Assembly (NCBI GenBank): GCA_024679065.1
Contig: JAGIQG010000007.1
Location: 125,550,001-125,614,000, forward strand
Origin: Sphyrna mokarran
Lineage: Eukaryota
DNA: 64,000 bases
Direction: 5' to 3'
Under the pieces are notes generated by a model. That model did no database searches. It had not been told where the DNA came from and saw only the letters and a program-made list of their open reading frames with translations. The position numbers and the translations under genes are program-made. This document shows positions 1-13,494 of this stretch, piece by piece. The first letter of the stretch is position 1. Every line of letters begins with the position of its first letter.

Positions 1-156
1 TTGGAGAGGGAAGTTTGTTTGGGTCTGAAGTTTCAATTTTCAACCTGTCTTTGCCTGTTCAGAGCGATGTTGGCAACTTGAGAACTTTGTGTACCCATCT
101 CATCTCTGAATGCTTCTGCTGTCAGCTGGTGCAACTCCTGCACTGCTTTCTGAAGA

Positions 157-383
157 TAGCACAGTGGTTAGCACTGCTGCCTCTCAGTGCCACAGATCCA
201 GGTTCGATACCCGGCTTGGGTTATTGTTTGTACAGAGTCTGCACATTCTTCCTGTGTCTGCCTGGGTTGCCTCCAAGTGCTCCAGTTTCCACCCACAGTC
301 CAAAAGACATGTTGGTTAGGTGTGTTGACCATGCTGAACTCTCCCTCAGTGTATCTGAACATGTGGCAGAGTATGACGACAGA
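157..383 (+). mobile_element. HE1-like tRNA-derived V-SINE, 3'-truncated
   Basis: A box tagcacagtgg and B box ggttcgatacc, followed by the V-domain (gagtctgcacattcttcctgtgtctgcctgggttgcctcc...cccacagtccaaaagac). Confidence 0.85.
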
Positions 384-819
384 GGTGATGATGCTCTGCA
401 GTGGGATCAACAGCAACGTGGCCCATAGTATTCAATATCACTGGAAACATTGAGAATTATCACATGTTTATGCTGTATGCCCCTCAACTCCTAGTATGCT
501 GCATGCTTTCATCTTGCTTTTGGCATGACGAGCAAATTATTGATGGCGTGACTCTGGATCTCTTTTTTCCCACCCCATCCTCCTTCCCTCACATTAACCT
601 TCTGCTAATGAGTACCTGCTTTCAAACTCCAGAACATTACTGTTTGATCAACCATAGGAAAGCCAGAAGGAAGAAGCAGAGCAACAGAACAGTTGAGATC
701 ACATCAACTTGCCATTTGCACCCATCAGCTCAGATATTGGCATTACATGTGCCTTGGATATTCATAATCAAGATTGGAAATGTTGTCAACTCTGATAAAG
801 ATAATATTGAACTTTAAAA

Positions 820-1630
820 GGACAGCTATATTGGAGGGATGGGCAGACAAGTGGCAGATAAAGTTCAATGCAGAGAAGTGTGAAATGATTTATTTTGGTG
901 GAAGGATATGGATATATAGTCGAGTATAATGGGAGTAACTTTAAAGGAGGTAAAGGAACAGAGGAATAGGAAACTTAATGTACATATTGGTAAGTAATGA
1001 CAAGGCATTTGAGAGTATTTAATGAAGCATACAGTATCTTTAGCTTTATTAATAGAGCCAGTGAGGACAAGCGTAAGGTGATCATGTTGAACTTGGATAA
1101 ACCATCAGTTCAAGTTCATCTGGATTACTTTGTCCAACTCTGGGTGGTATACTGAGGAAGAATATGAAGACATTGGAGACAGTACAAAAAAGATTCACAA
1201 GAATGATTCCAGGGGTGAAGAATATATTGGAGAAGTTGTGACTGAGAGGATAGATTGGAGAAATTGTGATTGTTTTCCTTGGGGTGAAGAAGCTCAAGAG
1301 ACGTATTCAAGATTTGGAAAGATAAGAACAGGATCGATGGTGAGAAACTGTTCCTACTGCATCAAGAACTGGAAGGCACAGATTAGGAATAATTGGCAAA
1401 AAGAGTAAAATTGATGTGAGGAATTTTTTTCTTTAAGTCAAAAGGTGGTTGGGGTCTTCTGAGAAAGTGAAGGAATCGTGTTTGATAAAAGTATTCAAAA
1501 GGGAATTGGATTGCTATCTGAAGATACAAAGTTATGGAGATAAAGCAGGGGAGTGGAATTGGGTAGAATGGCCTTTTCAGTAAGTGAGTGATGACTCGGT
1601 GGGCCAAATGGCCATGATAAAGATTCTGAA
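820..1630 (+). mobile_element. CR1 LINE 3' fragment, decayed
   Basis: WADKWQIKFNAEKCE-type RT C-terminal motif and CR1-type 3' end (gggccaaatggcc). Contains stops and frameshifts. Confidence 0.85.
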
Positions 1631-2879
1631 TAAAGTTGGGATTGAGATGTGGTGAGTCATCTGGGCACACTTGGGGCTGTAAGTCAGGATGATAACTTTC
1701 CCAATTCATGATGTAGCAGACACATGTGACTGCAGAGGACTCAGATGAGTACTTCGACTGGGCGGCACACGGGAGAATGCTGAATGGATACAAACACTGA
1801 AACCCTGGGTGCATCAACTGATCCAGACTGTCCCCCGTGTCATTATCATATTGCCACCTTTGTGGCAAATCACCGACTCATCTGCACCTCTGCAACCCCT
1901 CCCACCCTCTCTGTTAAGGACGTGGTGACATTGACAAGCAAGTGTGAGAATTCATCGAACCAGTTCCCAAAACACTCAACTAATTTCGGGCATGTAGCAC
2001 TCAGAGAAGATCCAAAGAATTACCTTGCCTTCAGTCAGGATGTTTGGGCCTTTAAATGGCGTCACTGGAGGACCCACTCCTGTTTTGGCCCTGTGCAAAC
2101 AGACATAAATGTGCATTTGGTGGCCACATTTGGGACCTGGTGTCACATCAACCACTTGAGCTGTGCAAATGAACATCATCTTGTGTACACAAGGAAGGAG
2201 GGCATCTATAACACCCCTCGAGGTGGCACTTGTGGCAACAGATTTCTAGCCTACAGCTTATTTCTGATTTGAATTGCAAAACATACTTCTAATTTCTGAG
2301 CGTGACATTGCTGACTTTGGAGAAGGAAAGCTGACACGAAAGAATGTAATGTTTGGGATGCAGAATGAATCTACATCTCCCACGGGCTTTCCACTTCTCA
2401 GTTTGGAACAGCGCTGTTAGACTTTGTGTGCACACCACCCTGGGTATTTGTTCAAATATTGCTGTCAAAATACTCTTCCAGCTCTTAAAGAATTTATAGC
2501 TGCTGTTCAAGCCTTTAGATCAAGAGATTGAATTCCAGGACACAGCTGGTCTCCAGCCAGTTCTGTTGGGCTGAGTTGCTGTAAACATCGCATCCCATGG
2601 GATGGTGTGTTACCTTCAAGTCTCTCAAAGTTATTTTTCTTCCAAGCAGGAAACCTTATTCTAAATTAGAAACATTTGTGTTCCTCTGTGCTGTAACCTG
2701 TCACAGTCACGTGTGGTCTTACAGATTGCGAGAAACAGGTTGTAAAGACAGACAAGACTAGATACCTCCTCCAAAACGAGAAGCTTTTGAGTGTTAAATT
2801 ATGCTGGATTTAGTCTGCAAGATGACTGTAATGATGCAGTTTCAGAGACTTTAGCTGGAATTATCCATCAGATCATGCT

Positions 2880-3030
2880 GGTGGGGTTCTCTGGTCCACG
2901 GGTGGCAAATCCCAGCTGCCCGTCTCCTGGCAGCATGTGGTGGCTTCAATGGGAATTCCATCACCAGCGAATGGTGTGCTGCCTCCCGCTACCATGCAAA
3001 ATGCTAAGAGGAGGCCAGAGAATCTCTCTC
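2880..3030. mobile_element. Short MITE-like element nested in the Gypsy relic
   Basis: Imperfect terminal inverted repeats gggttctctggtcc ... ggccagagaatctc. Confidence 0.5.
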
Positions 3031-3945
3031 TTCATTAGTGAACAACAAAGGATTTATTCACAAGGGTCCAGATATGCACCAGCATATCTGTTATTGGTTC
3101 TAGAAAGCCTCTTACCCAAGACAACTCCTCCCCTGGGGGTGATTCCACACATTCTGAGTCCCGATTGGTTACCCAGGCCAGGTGACCCTTAATCTAGCTG
3201 TGTTGGCCTTTAATGAACAATCATCACATCATTCATGGATAGGAGTTTATGAGAAACATGTCAGTTTTACTGATTTGTTGGTGATCCTTCATAAATATTG
3301 TGCTAGCTAAAACATAATGGCAAAAATTCCATATCTAAGGTATGCCTGGCAAAGCACGTTGGCGATATTTTTAGGTTGAAATGAATTGACAGCGTTGAAA
3401 ACTGATAAGCCCCAAGGTACCCAGCTCAATGAAACTGAGCATGGATTTTGTAGTTTCCAGTGCTGATACAGCAAGTCCTCCAATAGCACTTCGCTCTGAG
3501 GGATTGTCAAAGCTGTCAAGTGGCTGGCAAGCTGACTCAAAAGATTTTGATAGCCCCATTGCTGCCAATTCCTGCCATTGATGAATCATTTAGTTGGGTT
3601 ATTGTGGCTTGTATGAGTCCTCTATCTGAAATGAAGACTGCAAACCGACATGTATTAACAGTCAAGTGTGCATCCACCTGCTTTCCTGAGGTCATTCCTG
3701 TGGACAAAATAATTGTCCAGGCATTAATTATATCCGTTTTTGTCTTTGGACTTTGAAAGTCTTTTCCATCAGGGTTATAATTTTATATTTGGGATGTTTG
3801 GAAAGGTTATGCAGCAGTGTGATATTAAAAAAACTCACTCAAGTGTGTACGGTCCGGAGCTGGTGTGGTTTCATCGGACTTGAAAATCTCTGTTAAGAAC
3901 TTAGCGCTGTGAAATTGAACGAGATTGGGATCAAAGTGTACATCT

Positions 3946-4079
3946 TTGACCAAGGGTCATCTGGACTCAAAACATCAGCTATTTTCTTTCCTTACAGATG
4001 CTGCCAGACCTACTGAGATTTTCCAGCATTTTGTCTTTTGATTTCAGATTCCAGCATCCACAGTCATTGGTTTTTATTT
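3946..4079 (+). mobile_element. Penelope-associated short repeat with a degenerate hammerhead motif
   Basis: ttgaccaa-gggtc-atctg-gactc-aaaac followed by cagatgctgccagacctactgag...ttcagattccagcatc. Related copies lie at ~8240-8360, 38825-38908 and 39338-39490. Confidence 0.7.
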
Positions 4080-5554
4080 CCAACTCATGATGTTTGCTGG
4101 AGGGAAGTAATTCAGGAATCATTGAGATTCAGTCCATCTGATGTTGGTTTTGGCCACTCTGTATGTGGACCTTTAAAGTGTTTGAAAAAGAAATGGTTGG
4201 CGGATGCTTTTGCAGAGGATGGGGCATGTATCGATCACCCAGTTTGCTACTTCTCTAAGAAGGTTGATGAGCACCAGTGAAACCACTCGACCATTGAAAA
4301 AGAAAGACTTGTGTGGGCTTTTGCCTTAGAGCAGTTTGAGGTGTTTGGAGATGTTGCTGCTCTTTCTGTGGTGGTCTTTACTTACCACAGTCCTCTAGTG
4401 TTCTTACACAAGATGAAAAATAAGAACCAATGATTAATGCATCAGAGTTTATTTCTCCATACCTATGGAGATAAAGCATACCTATGGCTAAAAACAATAC
4501 AACAGTGGATGTCCTGCCCTGGAATTATAAGTGGAGAGACTAGAGGTTGCCAATAAATGAGTTGTTGTTTCTGTTATTTATCCTCTTAAGGAGGAGGCGA
4601 GGAGGAAGTGGCGATGGTGTTCTGAATACATGACAGGAAAACTGGAAAAAAGGCCTTTATAAAGCTGCCTAGTGTGCAGGAAGAAGGGGACACGGTAGAA
4701 CTGTGTGAAAAAGCTTGATGTGTGCTGCTCAGTGTTCTACTATTGGTGTGTCTCTTCTCTCGACTTGCCTGTTTTTCATCCACTTATTTACATTTGTTTT
4801 CTGTTTGTTGATAACTGCGTCACTATTGAGGCAGAAGTGAATGTTTTTTTGGGTTATTTTTGCTTGTTTCATTCAAATCTAATGGCCTCACAGAGGCTGG
4901 TTCGCTGCACCCGAGTTGTTTGTTTGTTGCTTTCCACCCTGTTCTTATTTTTTTAAAATATAACTCCTGAGATACTTACCTTAATTGCCTCAATCTCTCT
5001 CTGGCTTCCTCAACTTTCTTGATGAACAAAGTTGTTATCAAATGTAACATAAATGACTTTATGTTACTTCACTTGATGAATGAGCAGTGCTCCAACAGCT
5101 TGTGATTTCAAATGATCTTGTTGGACTATAATCTGGTGTTGTGTGACCTCTCAAAATGAAGATTAGTGCTGGTGTGATGCTAGACATATAGGCCAAAAAT
5201 TCATAAGATGTATCAAACAGCAAGTCCTTTTGGCTGTTTGCAATAGGGAAGGTACCGATTGTAACCAACGAGCTCATATCTCACAACGTGCACAAAGTGC
5301 TTCAGACATTTCAAAAGGAAATTGTGCAGTTTTAAATTTTTAGAATTTATCCACTGAGAATAGAGGGTGATTTCTTAGTCCCATTGCTACATATTATACC
5401 TGTTACAAATAAACAAAATAGTTCGCAACCATTCTAAGCTTGGTAGTTAACTGTCAGTCATCAGTTATCTGATGAATTCTTCAACACAACACAACTACCG
5501 AGAAAGTCCACTTGCCAACCGATCAACATTCACTTCTGAAAGTTTTTTTTTAAA

Positions 5555-5715
5555 GATTACTTATTAGTCACAACTAAGAGTTAAGTTAACAATGAAGTTA
5601 CTGTGAAATTCCCCCAGTCGCCACACTTTGGAGCCTGTTCAGGTCAATGCATTTAAACAGCACATCTTTCAGACTGTGGGAAGGAAACCCATGCAGACAT
5701 GGGAAGTACATGCAA
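5555..5715 (-). mobile_element. V-SINE 3' part
   Basis: Reverse complement of the gtgtggcgactgggg...cacagtaacttcattg tail, plus part of the V-domain. Confidence 0.7.
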
Positions 5716-5787
5716 AATCTCTCAGCTAGCAAGCAGAGTCTATAATACCAGGGAGAAAAAAAAACACTGCTTTCCAGTCTGATGGTT

Positions 5788-6008
5788 TAATTTGATTTGA
5801 TTTATTATTGGCACATATATTAGCATACAGTGAGAAGTATTGTTTCTTGCATGCTATACAGACAAAACATACCGTTCATAGAAAAGGAAAGAGTGCAGAA
5901 TATAGTATTACAGTCATAGTTAGCATATATAGAAAGAGCAACTTAATATAAGGTAATTCAGAAGTCTGTCAGCAGCAGGGAAGAAGCTGCCCTTGAGTTG
6001 GTTGGTCG
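5788..6008 (-). mobile_element. Rex1/Babar LINE 3' end
   Basis: (tcaaa)n tail and LKGSFFPAA-type ORF end. Same family as 36375-36795. Confidence 0.75.
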
Positions 6009-7519
6009 AAACTAAACAGCAGCTCAAAATTGAAAATGAAAGCGGTTCTGTCACCTGACCTATCAGCCAATCCTCACCCGAACAACGCTGGGTCATAAAA
6101 CAAATTCCAGAAAGTCACCTGAGGCCTACAGTAAAAATAAACAAAACCCCATTTAAGACATTGAAGTAGCAATAAAAGGACATCTCCTGACAGCCTGGTA
6201 GAAATGGAGAAAAAACCTGAAGCTGTGATTGCTGCAGAGAACATGATTTTTTGAAAATAAATTCTTAAAGGAATACTAACGCCACACATAATCAAACTTT
6301 CAAATCTGTTCAGCTAGATTTGGTAACCTGGCATAACATGGCTGGGATATCTCTGCTAACTCTGTATCAATTTCAGCTTTAATCTTTTCCCTCCGTATGT
6401 TGATTTCACTGATTATTGCAAGATAATTCCACTAATCTTTATTCCTGGTTAAAAAAAAATAGAGTTTGGAAACATGTTCAGCGTGATAGAAAATAGTGTG
6501 CATCAAATACCTGACTGCAGACTGTAAACTTGATACGCAGCTTTAAAATAAATTGATCCTGCCCAAAGGAAATCTAATGATAGGGAAACAAAAACTTGCA
6601 GCTTCTGAAATGTAGTGGATGGCATCAATAATTTGATTATTTTCCCATCCATTGCCTGGATTTTCAATTTTCCATGCAACTGAGAATCTAATGATAGAAG
6701 AAGTCTGATGGCTGTCAGTGGAGCCATTTAAGTTCCTCCAGTTCACTTTCAATCTTTGCTCCATCCAATTATTTCATTTATTACAAAATACTTTGAGATA
6801 TACCGCGGTTTGTGTATGGCTCTCCGTTTCCATCAATGAATCACAGTATTTCCAGGGCACTAATCAATCTGAGATACTCCTTGGTGACAATAAACAACCA
6901 CAGCAGCAAATGGTAATAAACAGCTGTCAAGCGCTCAGTATGGGCTAAGTTGATCATAGAACTTCAATCTTAGCCTCTGGTCTACCTATTTATGGCATTG
7001 AAACAAATAAAGCCACAACACTGCTGTCTCCTTTTATATTTATTGATAACAAATCATATATGTTTCTCAAGTCCAAAGTAATTCCTTTACAGAATGTGTT
7101 TTCTTTGTAGCTTCATATAAAAGTATGAATTTTGGGTTGCCCCTTGATTTTAGTGTTGCATGAAATTCATTATCAGAAGCTTTTACTAACTTCCCTGCAT
7201 CTATGTCTCTGCTCCTGTTAACTTCAGATACTATAATGCAAAGACGGTGGGACATATGAAATGGTGGTGGGAGCTCTAGTAAAACCTTACTTTAGAGATA
7301 GAGGATCCAATGTTGGACACTTGCCTTTAGGTTCTGAATCAATGAGCATTCTTTAGGCTTTTTTTTTTCCGTTTTGCTTGAGATCTTCTTAGCACATCAG
7401 TCCCTTGTAAATGTGGCTTATTTGTTTCTGGCAATATCATACATAATGTATCATCACACTGCTGGCAATGTGGTTCCTTCTCTGTGGCAGACGTTATTCT
7501 GGAATGCATGATATAGGAC

Positions 7520-7785
7520 TAATCTCTCACACATACCCACACTTTTGTCTCTCTATCACTCATATACACTCTCTCACATGCTCTCTCACATGCACACTCT
7601 CTCTCTTTCTCATGCACTTCTCTCTCATGCACTGTCTCTCTCTCTCATGCAATCTCACTCTCTTTCTCTTGTGCACTCACTCTTACTCATGCATTCTCTG
7701 TCATACACTTTCTTTCCCTCTCTCTCTCTCTGGAATGCGCACTGTCTCTCTCGCATGCGCGCTCTCTCTCTCTCCCTCGCATGCG
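7520..7785. repeat. Degenerate (CT)n/(CA)n compound microsatellite
   Basis: Repeated ctctctca-tgcac units are directly visible. Confidence 0.9.
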
Positions 7786-8560
7786 ATCATTATAATCTGG
7801 AAGTCTGTTGTGGATTGGATATTTGAGTCTTGGAAATTGTGGGATTTGTGCATCTATGTTTCCTGTATTTTGATTTTTGGATACCATTTTTAGGAAAATG
7901 CAAATTTTCCAATTTGAAACTTAAAGTATCGATTGCTTGTCACCTTTTTGATCAAATTCCACTTTTTTTCTCTTTGTGTCTTTTAACTGTTTGGATATTT
8001 TCATTGTTCAATGGTATCTAACCAAGCAAAAAGCTTGTGGGAATTTCACTGTCATAAATAATTTAGTTGCTGATTGTTCCAGCTGGAAATACCAACCCGT
8101 GTTCACTGTTCACTCACCCTTTTGAAGCTGGTTAATATTTCAAATTGGACCAATTCGTGTAGGTTCTCGGAATGAAAATTGTTTAGGAGCTATACTTATT
8201 GCTTAACCAAAATCTCCAATTCTCAGTTCCAAAGAAATCAGATAGACACAAAACATTCACTGAGTTTTTCTCTCCACAGGTGCTCCTCGGCCTGCTGAGT
8301 TTTTCCAGCATCTGTTGTTCTCATTTCAGATTTCCATCATCTGCAGTGTTTTGCTTCTGTCTCAATCTTTAATGTTGCTGCGATTGAATGGAATGCTGAA
8401 AGGTGTTACAAATATGCTTTAACTGGTCCACTACAGCAAACCACAATACGGTTGTCTAATTAGTTGTTAAACCCAGCAAAAGACAACACTTGAATATTCT
8501 CTTCTGTTACTGCATGTGGTAGAAAAAAGATCCCAGACAATCTGCAGAGGAGATATTAGT

Positions 8561-8903
8561 TGGCGGCACAATGGCACAGTGGTTAGTTGTGTTGCTTCAC
8601 ACCTTCAGGGATTCAGGTTCAATTCCAGCCTTGGGTGACTGTATGGAGTTTGCATATTTTCCCCATGTATGTCTTGGTTTCTTCCGGCTGTTCCGGTTTC
8701 TTCTCACAGTCCAAAGATGTGCAAGTTAGGTGGACTGGCCAGGCTAAATTTCTCCTCCTTGTCCCAAAATATGTAGGTTAGATGGATTAGCAGGGTAAAG
8801 GTGTGGGGTTATAGGGATAGGGCAAAGAAAAAGGCTTCACTAAGATACCCTGTCAGAGAAATGGGCCGAATGGTCTCTTCTGCACTGCAGGGATTCTGTG
8901 ATT
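8561..8903 (+). mobile_element. Near full-length HE1-like V-SINE with CR1-type tail
   Basis: tRNA head ggcggcacaatggcacagtggttag...ggttcaattcc, V-domain, and tail gggccgaatggtctcttctgcactgcagggattctgtg. Confidence 0.9.
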
Positions 8904-9369
8904 AGGAAAGGTTAATTAAAAACCTGGTCAGAGAGAGAGAAAGAGATTTTTCCAAAGAGGATTTTGTAGGAGGAAAATAACCAGCGAAGTCAGGGAGGGA
9001 CCTCTGGAAACTGGAGCTGATACAGCTGAAAGCCCAGTCAGTATTCATGGAGTGAAGAGAGTGCAAAAGAACAGAGTTCGAGGACCATGAGCTGAAGGTT
9101 TGTAAGATTAGAGGAGGTCACCAAAATCGGGTCAGAGCCCCAATGCAGGTGCATTTTTGGGGATCCCTGACCTCCCTCCTCACGGCACAGCAGTTTCAGA
9201 AGCCTACCTTGACTGTTGAAGTATCGGCCCATTACTGGCTAGGGTGGGCACTTACTATCCAATTAAAATTGCCAGGTGAATTCCCAGGGTTGGAGATCCA
9301 GTATTAGGGCCACAAAGAATGTCACATTAGCAGCTCAGTCATCAAGGGTGAGTACTACTAATAATACTT

Positions 9370-9560
9370 GTAGCCTAGCACTGATCCCTTTGGCAGTCCT
9401 TTAGTTACAGGTTGCCATCCTGAAAATGCCCCTCTCATTCCAACAACCTATCTTCTGTTGGTTAGCCAATGCTCTGTTCCATGCTAGTTTATTTACCCAC
9501 AACACCATGAGCTCTTAACTTATTAAGCAGCCTATTGCGTGGTAGCTTATCGAATGACCT
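9370..9560 (-). mobile_element. CR1 reverse transcriptase fragment
   Basis: Reverse strand resembles the FDK.PH.RLL...W...WL..R.Q.V...G.P.GSVLG stretch of CR1 RT. Confidence 0.65.
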
Positions 9561-10393
9561 TTATGACCTGGTAGTCTGTTGTTAAACGGGTATCTGATTA
9601 GGAATGGGAGATGGCACCTCAAATATGAGATGCATTTTGAAGAATTTTTAACAGTACTAAAAACTAAAAAGTGACCACAGCTGTCAGACCGTGATCAGCA
9701 CAGCCAATGGCCGAAGCTGTAGTTATCTTACACCTCAGCACTAGCCCCACCATGTCTGCTGCTGAGAAGCCACCACTGTTCATCGGTCTGGATTTGGCCT
9801 CAAAATGGGGCCCAACTGTCAACTGAAAAATTCCAGTCCTGTTCTGAATAGTGACCTCAATAAGACAATTCAGAGGCTTAATTGTCCAGCCACCACTTGA
9901 GCCAAAGTCGCCAATAGCACCCCCCAAATCAGCATGTTTAAAAATTGCTCAAGTCGGCAAGTACTTGCAAACTATGGGCTTGTCCATCTCTGATAATTGG
10001 GGAATTCAGCCCAGTACCAGCGAGGCACACAGTGATTGGAATAGAAGAACGAGGAATTTAAATCTGAGGTGCTGCTGGATCGTGCGCTACTGCAGCACAA
10101 TGGGATTAGAGATACCAGACATCTATTGAACGTTTATGGGAGTGAAGGATGGGAGACCGAAGAGGAAAGCCCAGGAATTGTTATGGCTGCAGGTGGTGAT
10201 AGTTTCATTTGGTAGATAAGTTGAGGCAGAGGAAGAAGCAGGAATTGCTGCAGAGTTGGAGTGAGCTGCTGTGTTCAGCGTTAATTTGGAAGAGCATGTT
10301 GTGAACGTTTGGTTTTGCTTGAGAGAATGGCTGGGGTTCTGGTTTCTAAAAGTTCTGTAAAAGGAAATGTGGAAATGTAAGATTGTCACTTGA

Positions 10394-10735
<342 letters not shown>

Positions 10736-11719
10736 TGATATATGCTTTGTGACAATTTCTCAAAATCATCCTTTAAAACAATATTATTGGAGAAGAAATC
10801 AGCTGGTTTTAAAATGTTGCCATCATTTGTAAAGGGAAGACGGAATTAGTGGATTGACAGAATTCCAGCTAAGATGACTCTGGGTATGTTTAAACAATAA
10901 CAAAAGCAATACTTGTCAGCCAGCAGAAAAATCAGTAATGCCGTTAGATAAAAGATTCCTGTAAATCAGTGGAAGAAATGATCCATCACTGAACTGATAA
11001 CATTGAGAAATTCCAACATTTAAAAGTAGATTGAGATTCAACTAAGGACAAGAGTTCTGAAATGGTTTGCATTTTCACTTCTAATACTACGATGGCCTTT
11101 ATTTATGAAACTGGATGTGTGTTAAGGCAAACACAAGAATAAGAATTGGTTTGCTGATGCTCCGGCTGGTAAATGCACGATGTTATATGCTACTGAGCAG
11201 AACAGAACAGGATCCCAGGTTTGATGTGATTTTGATCTCAATAATGGCAGAACAACATTACAAATGGCTTTACTATTTTTCTGCACAATTGAGAAAATTA
11301 TCAGTGAGATTTCCCTTTCCTTGGTACCATAGATCACAGCATGTAAGTTGATTTTATTCTTTTCTGTAAAAATACACGTTTAGGCCGATACTCAGTTTTT
11401 AAATTAACTCCACCCACCACTTTCAGTTGATAAATGCCTGTTTAGGGTGTCCATTTTTCAGCTCGAGAGGTACATTTTTAGGGTTATACTTGCCTTATAA
11501 CTTAGCATGTGGCATCAGTTAGGAGATTTCGATGTTGTCAAGAAGATGTGCAAGAATTGAAGGCACCCCATACAGGGCATTGTGACTGATGGGTAGAAAC
11601 GCGTTCTCCTGCACCAACACTGGTGCTTTTACACTTGGCTTTTAAGCTGAGCCCTACTTTTTTTTTTGAAGCTTCAAATGGTAATTTATATGCTGTGATC
11701 TTTGGTAATTTTTAACTTC

Positions 11720-12005
11720 ACTCAAGGATGAGACATTAAACCAAAGCCTATCTGACCTAATTACCAGATGCAAAAGATCCCATGACACTAAGAAGTGTCA
11801 TGTTCTTTCAAAGAAGAGCAGGGGAATTCTTCCCAAGCTTCAGTTAATATTTATTCCTGAAGAAACATTCAAAACAAATGATCCATGAATTTGGTTTTGC
11901 CTTGCTTGAGCAAATTGGCTGTTGGGTTCCCTACATTACAACCATGGCAACACTTGAGAAGTATTTCAAAGGTTGTAAAACATTTTGGGACATTCTCAGG
12001 TCATG
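11720..12005 (+). mobile_element. Deu-domain SINE relic (SacSINE1/AmnSINE1-like)
   Basis: ggatgagacattaaacc...aaaagatcccatgacact...aagaagagcagggg...aaattggctg...cctacattacaac is the Deu-domain signature. Confidence 0.75.
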
Positions 12006-12039
12006 ATGAATGATTTTTTTTTAATCATGGTGTATATAT

Positions 12040-12380
12040 ATATAGGTGTTGCAGGTCGGGCCAGCATTTATTGCCCATTCCTAATTGCCCTTGAGCTGAA
12101 AGATTTGCTCAGATATTTGACAGTCAACCACATTGCTATGGGGTCACATGTAGCCCAGAGAGATTAGAGTGGCATGTTTCCTTCCCAAAAGGGTATGATT
12201 GAAGCAAGTGAGTCTTTATCACAATTGTTTAATGGTTATCATTGAAGTTTTAATACCTGATTTTTCTTTAATTCTAATTTCACCATCTGCCTTGGTGGGA
12301 TTCAAACCCGGGTTTCCAAAGCATTACCTCTGATTTCCTGGATTACTAGTTCAATACCAAAACCAATATCACTGCAACAT
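12040..12380 (-). mobile_element. tRNA-headed SINE sharing head/UTR and 3' tail with the LINE at 52636-55180
   Basis: Minus strand reads ...ctagtaatccag...cccgggtttgaatcccacc (B box), then UTR, then tail caagggcaattaggaatgggcaataaatgctggcc. Confidence 0.75.
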
Positions 12381-12559
12381 TGCCTTTTTTCTTCCTTTTC
12401 TGTCCAGTGACATACCAGAGCTGGTTGCCACTTGTTTTCTTGACTAACTAAGCCACACAGATCACAAAGTCTAGACTTGATTTGCTGTGGCATTACAGCT
12501 AGTGCCAGTGACCCGATTTGAGCAAAGGGAAAATAATAATTGCTTTTTCTCTCTAGTTG

Positions 12560-13490
12560 TTCATTAATAATCTTTTAGGGCAATGAATCTGTTGCTTTTC
12601 CGCAGTCCCTCTTATTAGTGACTCCAGACCAACAGAAAAATAGCTCATACGTAACTCCTCTTTGAAATGGTCAAGCAAACTGCTTCAACAGTAAATAATG
12701 AGAATCAATCCCGGTGAACCATTCACATCTATGTACAGATTGGACATGGCAAAACACACCCAGCTTGATCAATCATGCAAAGTCCTCCTTACCAAGATCT
12801 GGACACTTGTGCCAAAGTTGTGTACAGGTTAATCACACAACAACACAGTCACACTCACAGGATAATATTGTTTGACCAATGTCCTATACTCTTCCATCAC
12901 TTTTCCTGCGTGTGTCCTGTCCCACCAAAAGGACAGATCCACCAAAGGCATCAGCAAAGTTTTAGATATCGTTTGGAGTAAATGGTCTTTGGAATCCTCA
13001 ACATTAATCTGGATTCTGAAAAGACTAATAATATTGGTTCAAACATGGGCAAAGAAACCTATTGTCATCCCTCAGCTGATAAATCTGTGCTCCTCCATAA
13101 TGACATTTACTTGGTAAGGCAATGGGGTGAGCACTGGGTAGGAGACGGCAATGTCTGTCACCAACAGTGTTCAAGATCGATGTAGCTGCTGGACTGGGCC
13201 CTTACCAATCTACCTGTTGAAAACATTCTGTCCATAACAGCATTGCTAAGATTGACCACCACGTAGCTACAGAGGAGAGGAAGTTCCCTTTTTACATTAA
13301 ACAGTTGCTGTATTTGTGCTGAGTGACACTACCGCTGTCCTAAATGGGATAGATTCAGAAAAGATCTAGTATCTCAAAGCCAGGCATCTCTGAAGCATTG
13401 TGGACCATTAGCAGCAGGAGAATTTCACTTCACCAGAATCTTTAATCTCATGGCCCGGCATGTCTCTTGCTTTGCAATTATCATCAAGAG
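12560..13490 (+). mobile_element. CR1-group LINE relic (UTR plus APE endonuclease region)
   Basis: Collinear with 53120-54120 (gtgactccagac..., aagtcctccttaccaagatctgg..., aaatgggatagattcaga). Confidence 0.7.
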
Positions 13491-13494
13491 GCCT

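Larger units (their letters stand above)
2480..4960 (+). mobile_element. Gypsy LTR retrotransposon relic, Gmr1-like, interrupted and internally deleted
   Basis: Protease-like FQDTAG motif (~2535). Integrase CxxC plus core (CQSCQVAGK...APLLPIPAIDESFSWVIV...CASTCFPEVIP; ...ESLRFSP..GHSVCGPL). Then RNase H (HPVCYFSKK...STIEKE...HSPLVFL). The 3' boundary is uncertain. Confidence 0.8.

Noticed and set aside
157-230. tRNA genes at A/B-box sites
   Set aside because: Each one runs into a SINE body, so these are SINE heads rather than tRNA genes.
1383-2272. 160-aa ORFs on both strands
   Set aside because: No recognisable domain or splice context, and they partly overlap a CR1 relic.
7468-7893. Leu/Ser/His-rich ORFs
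   Set aside because: They are translations of the CT/CA microsatellite.
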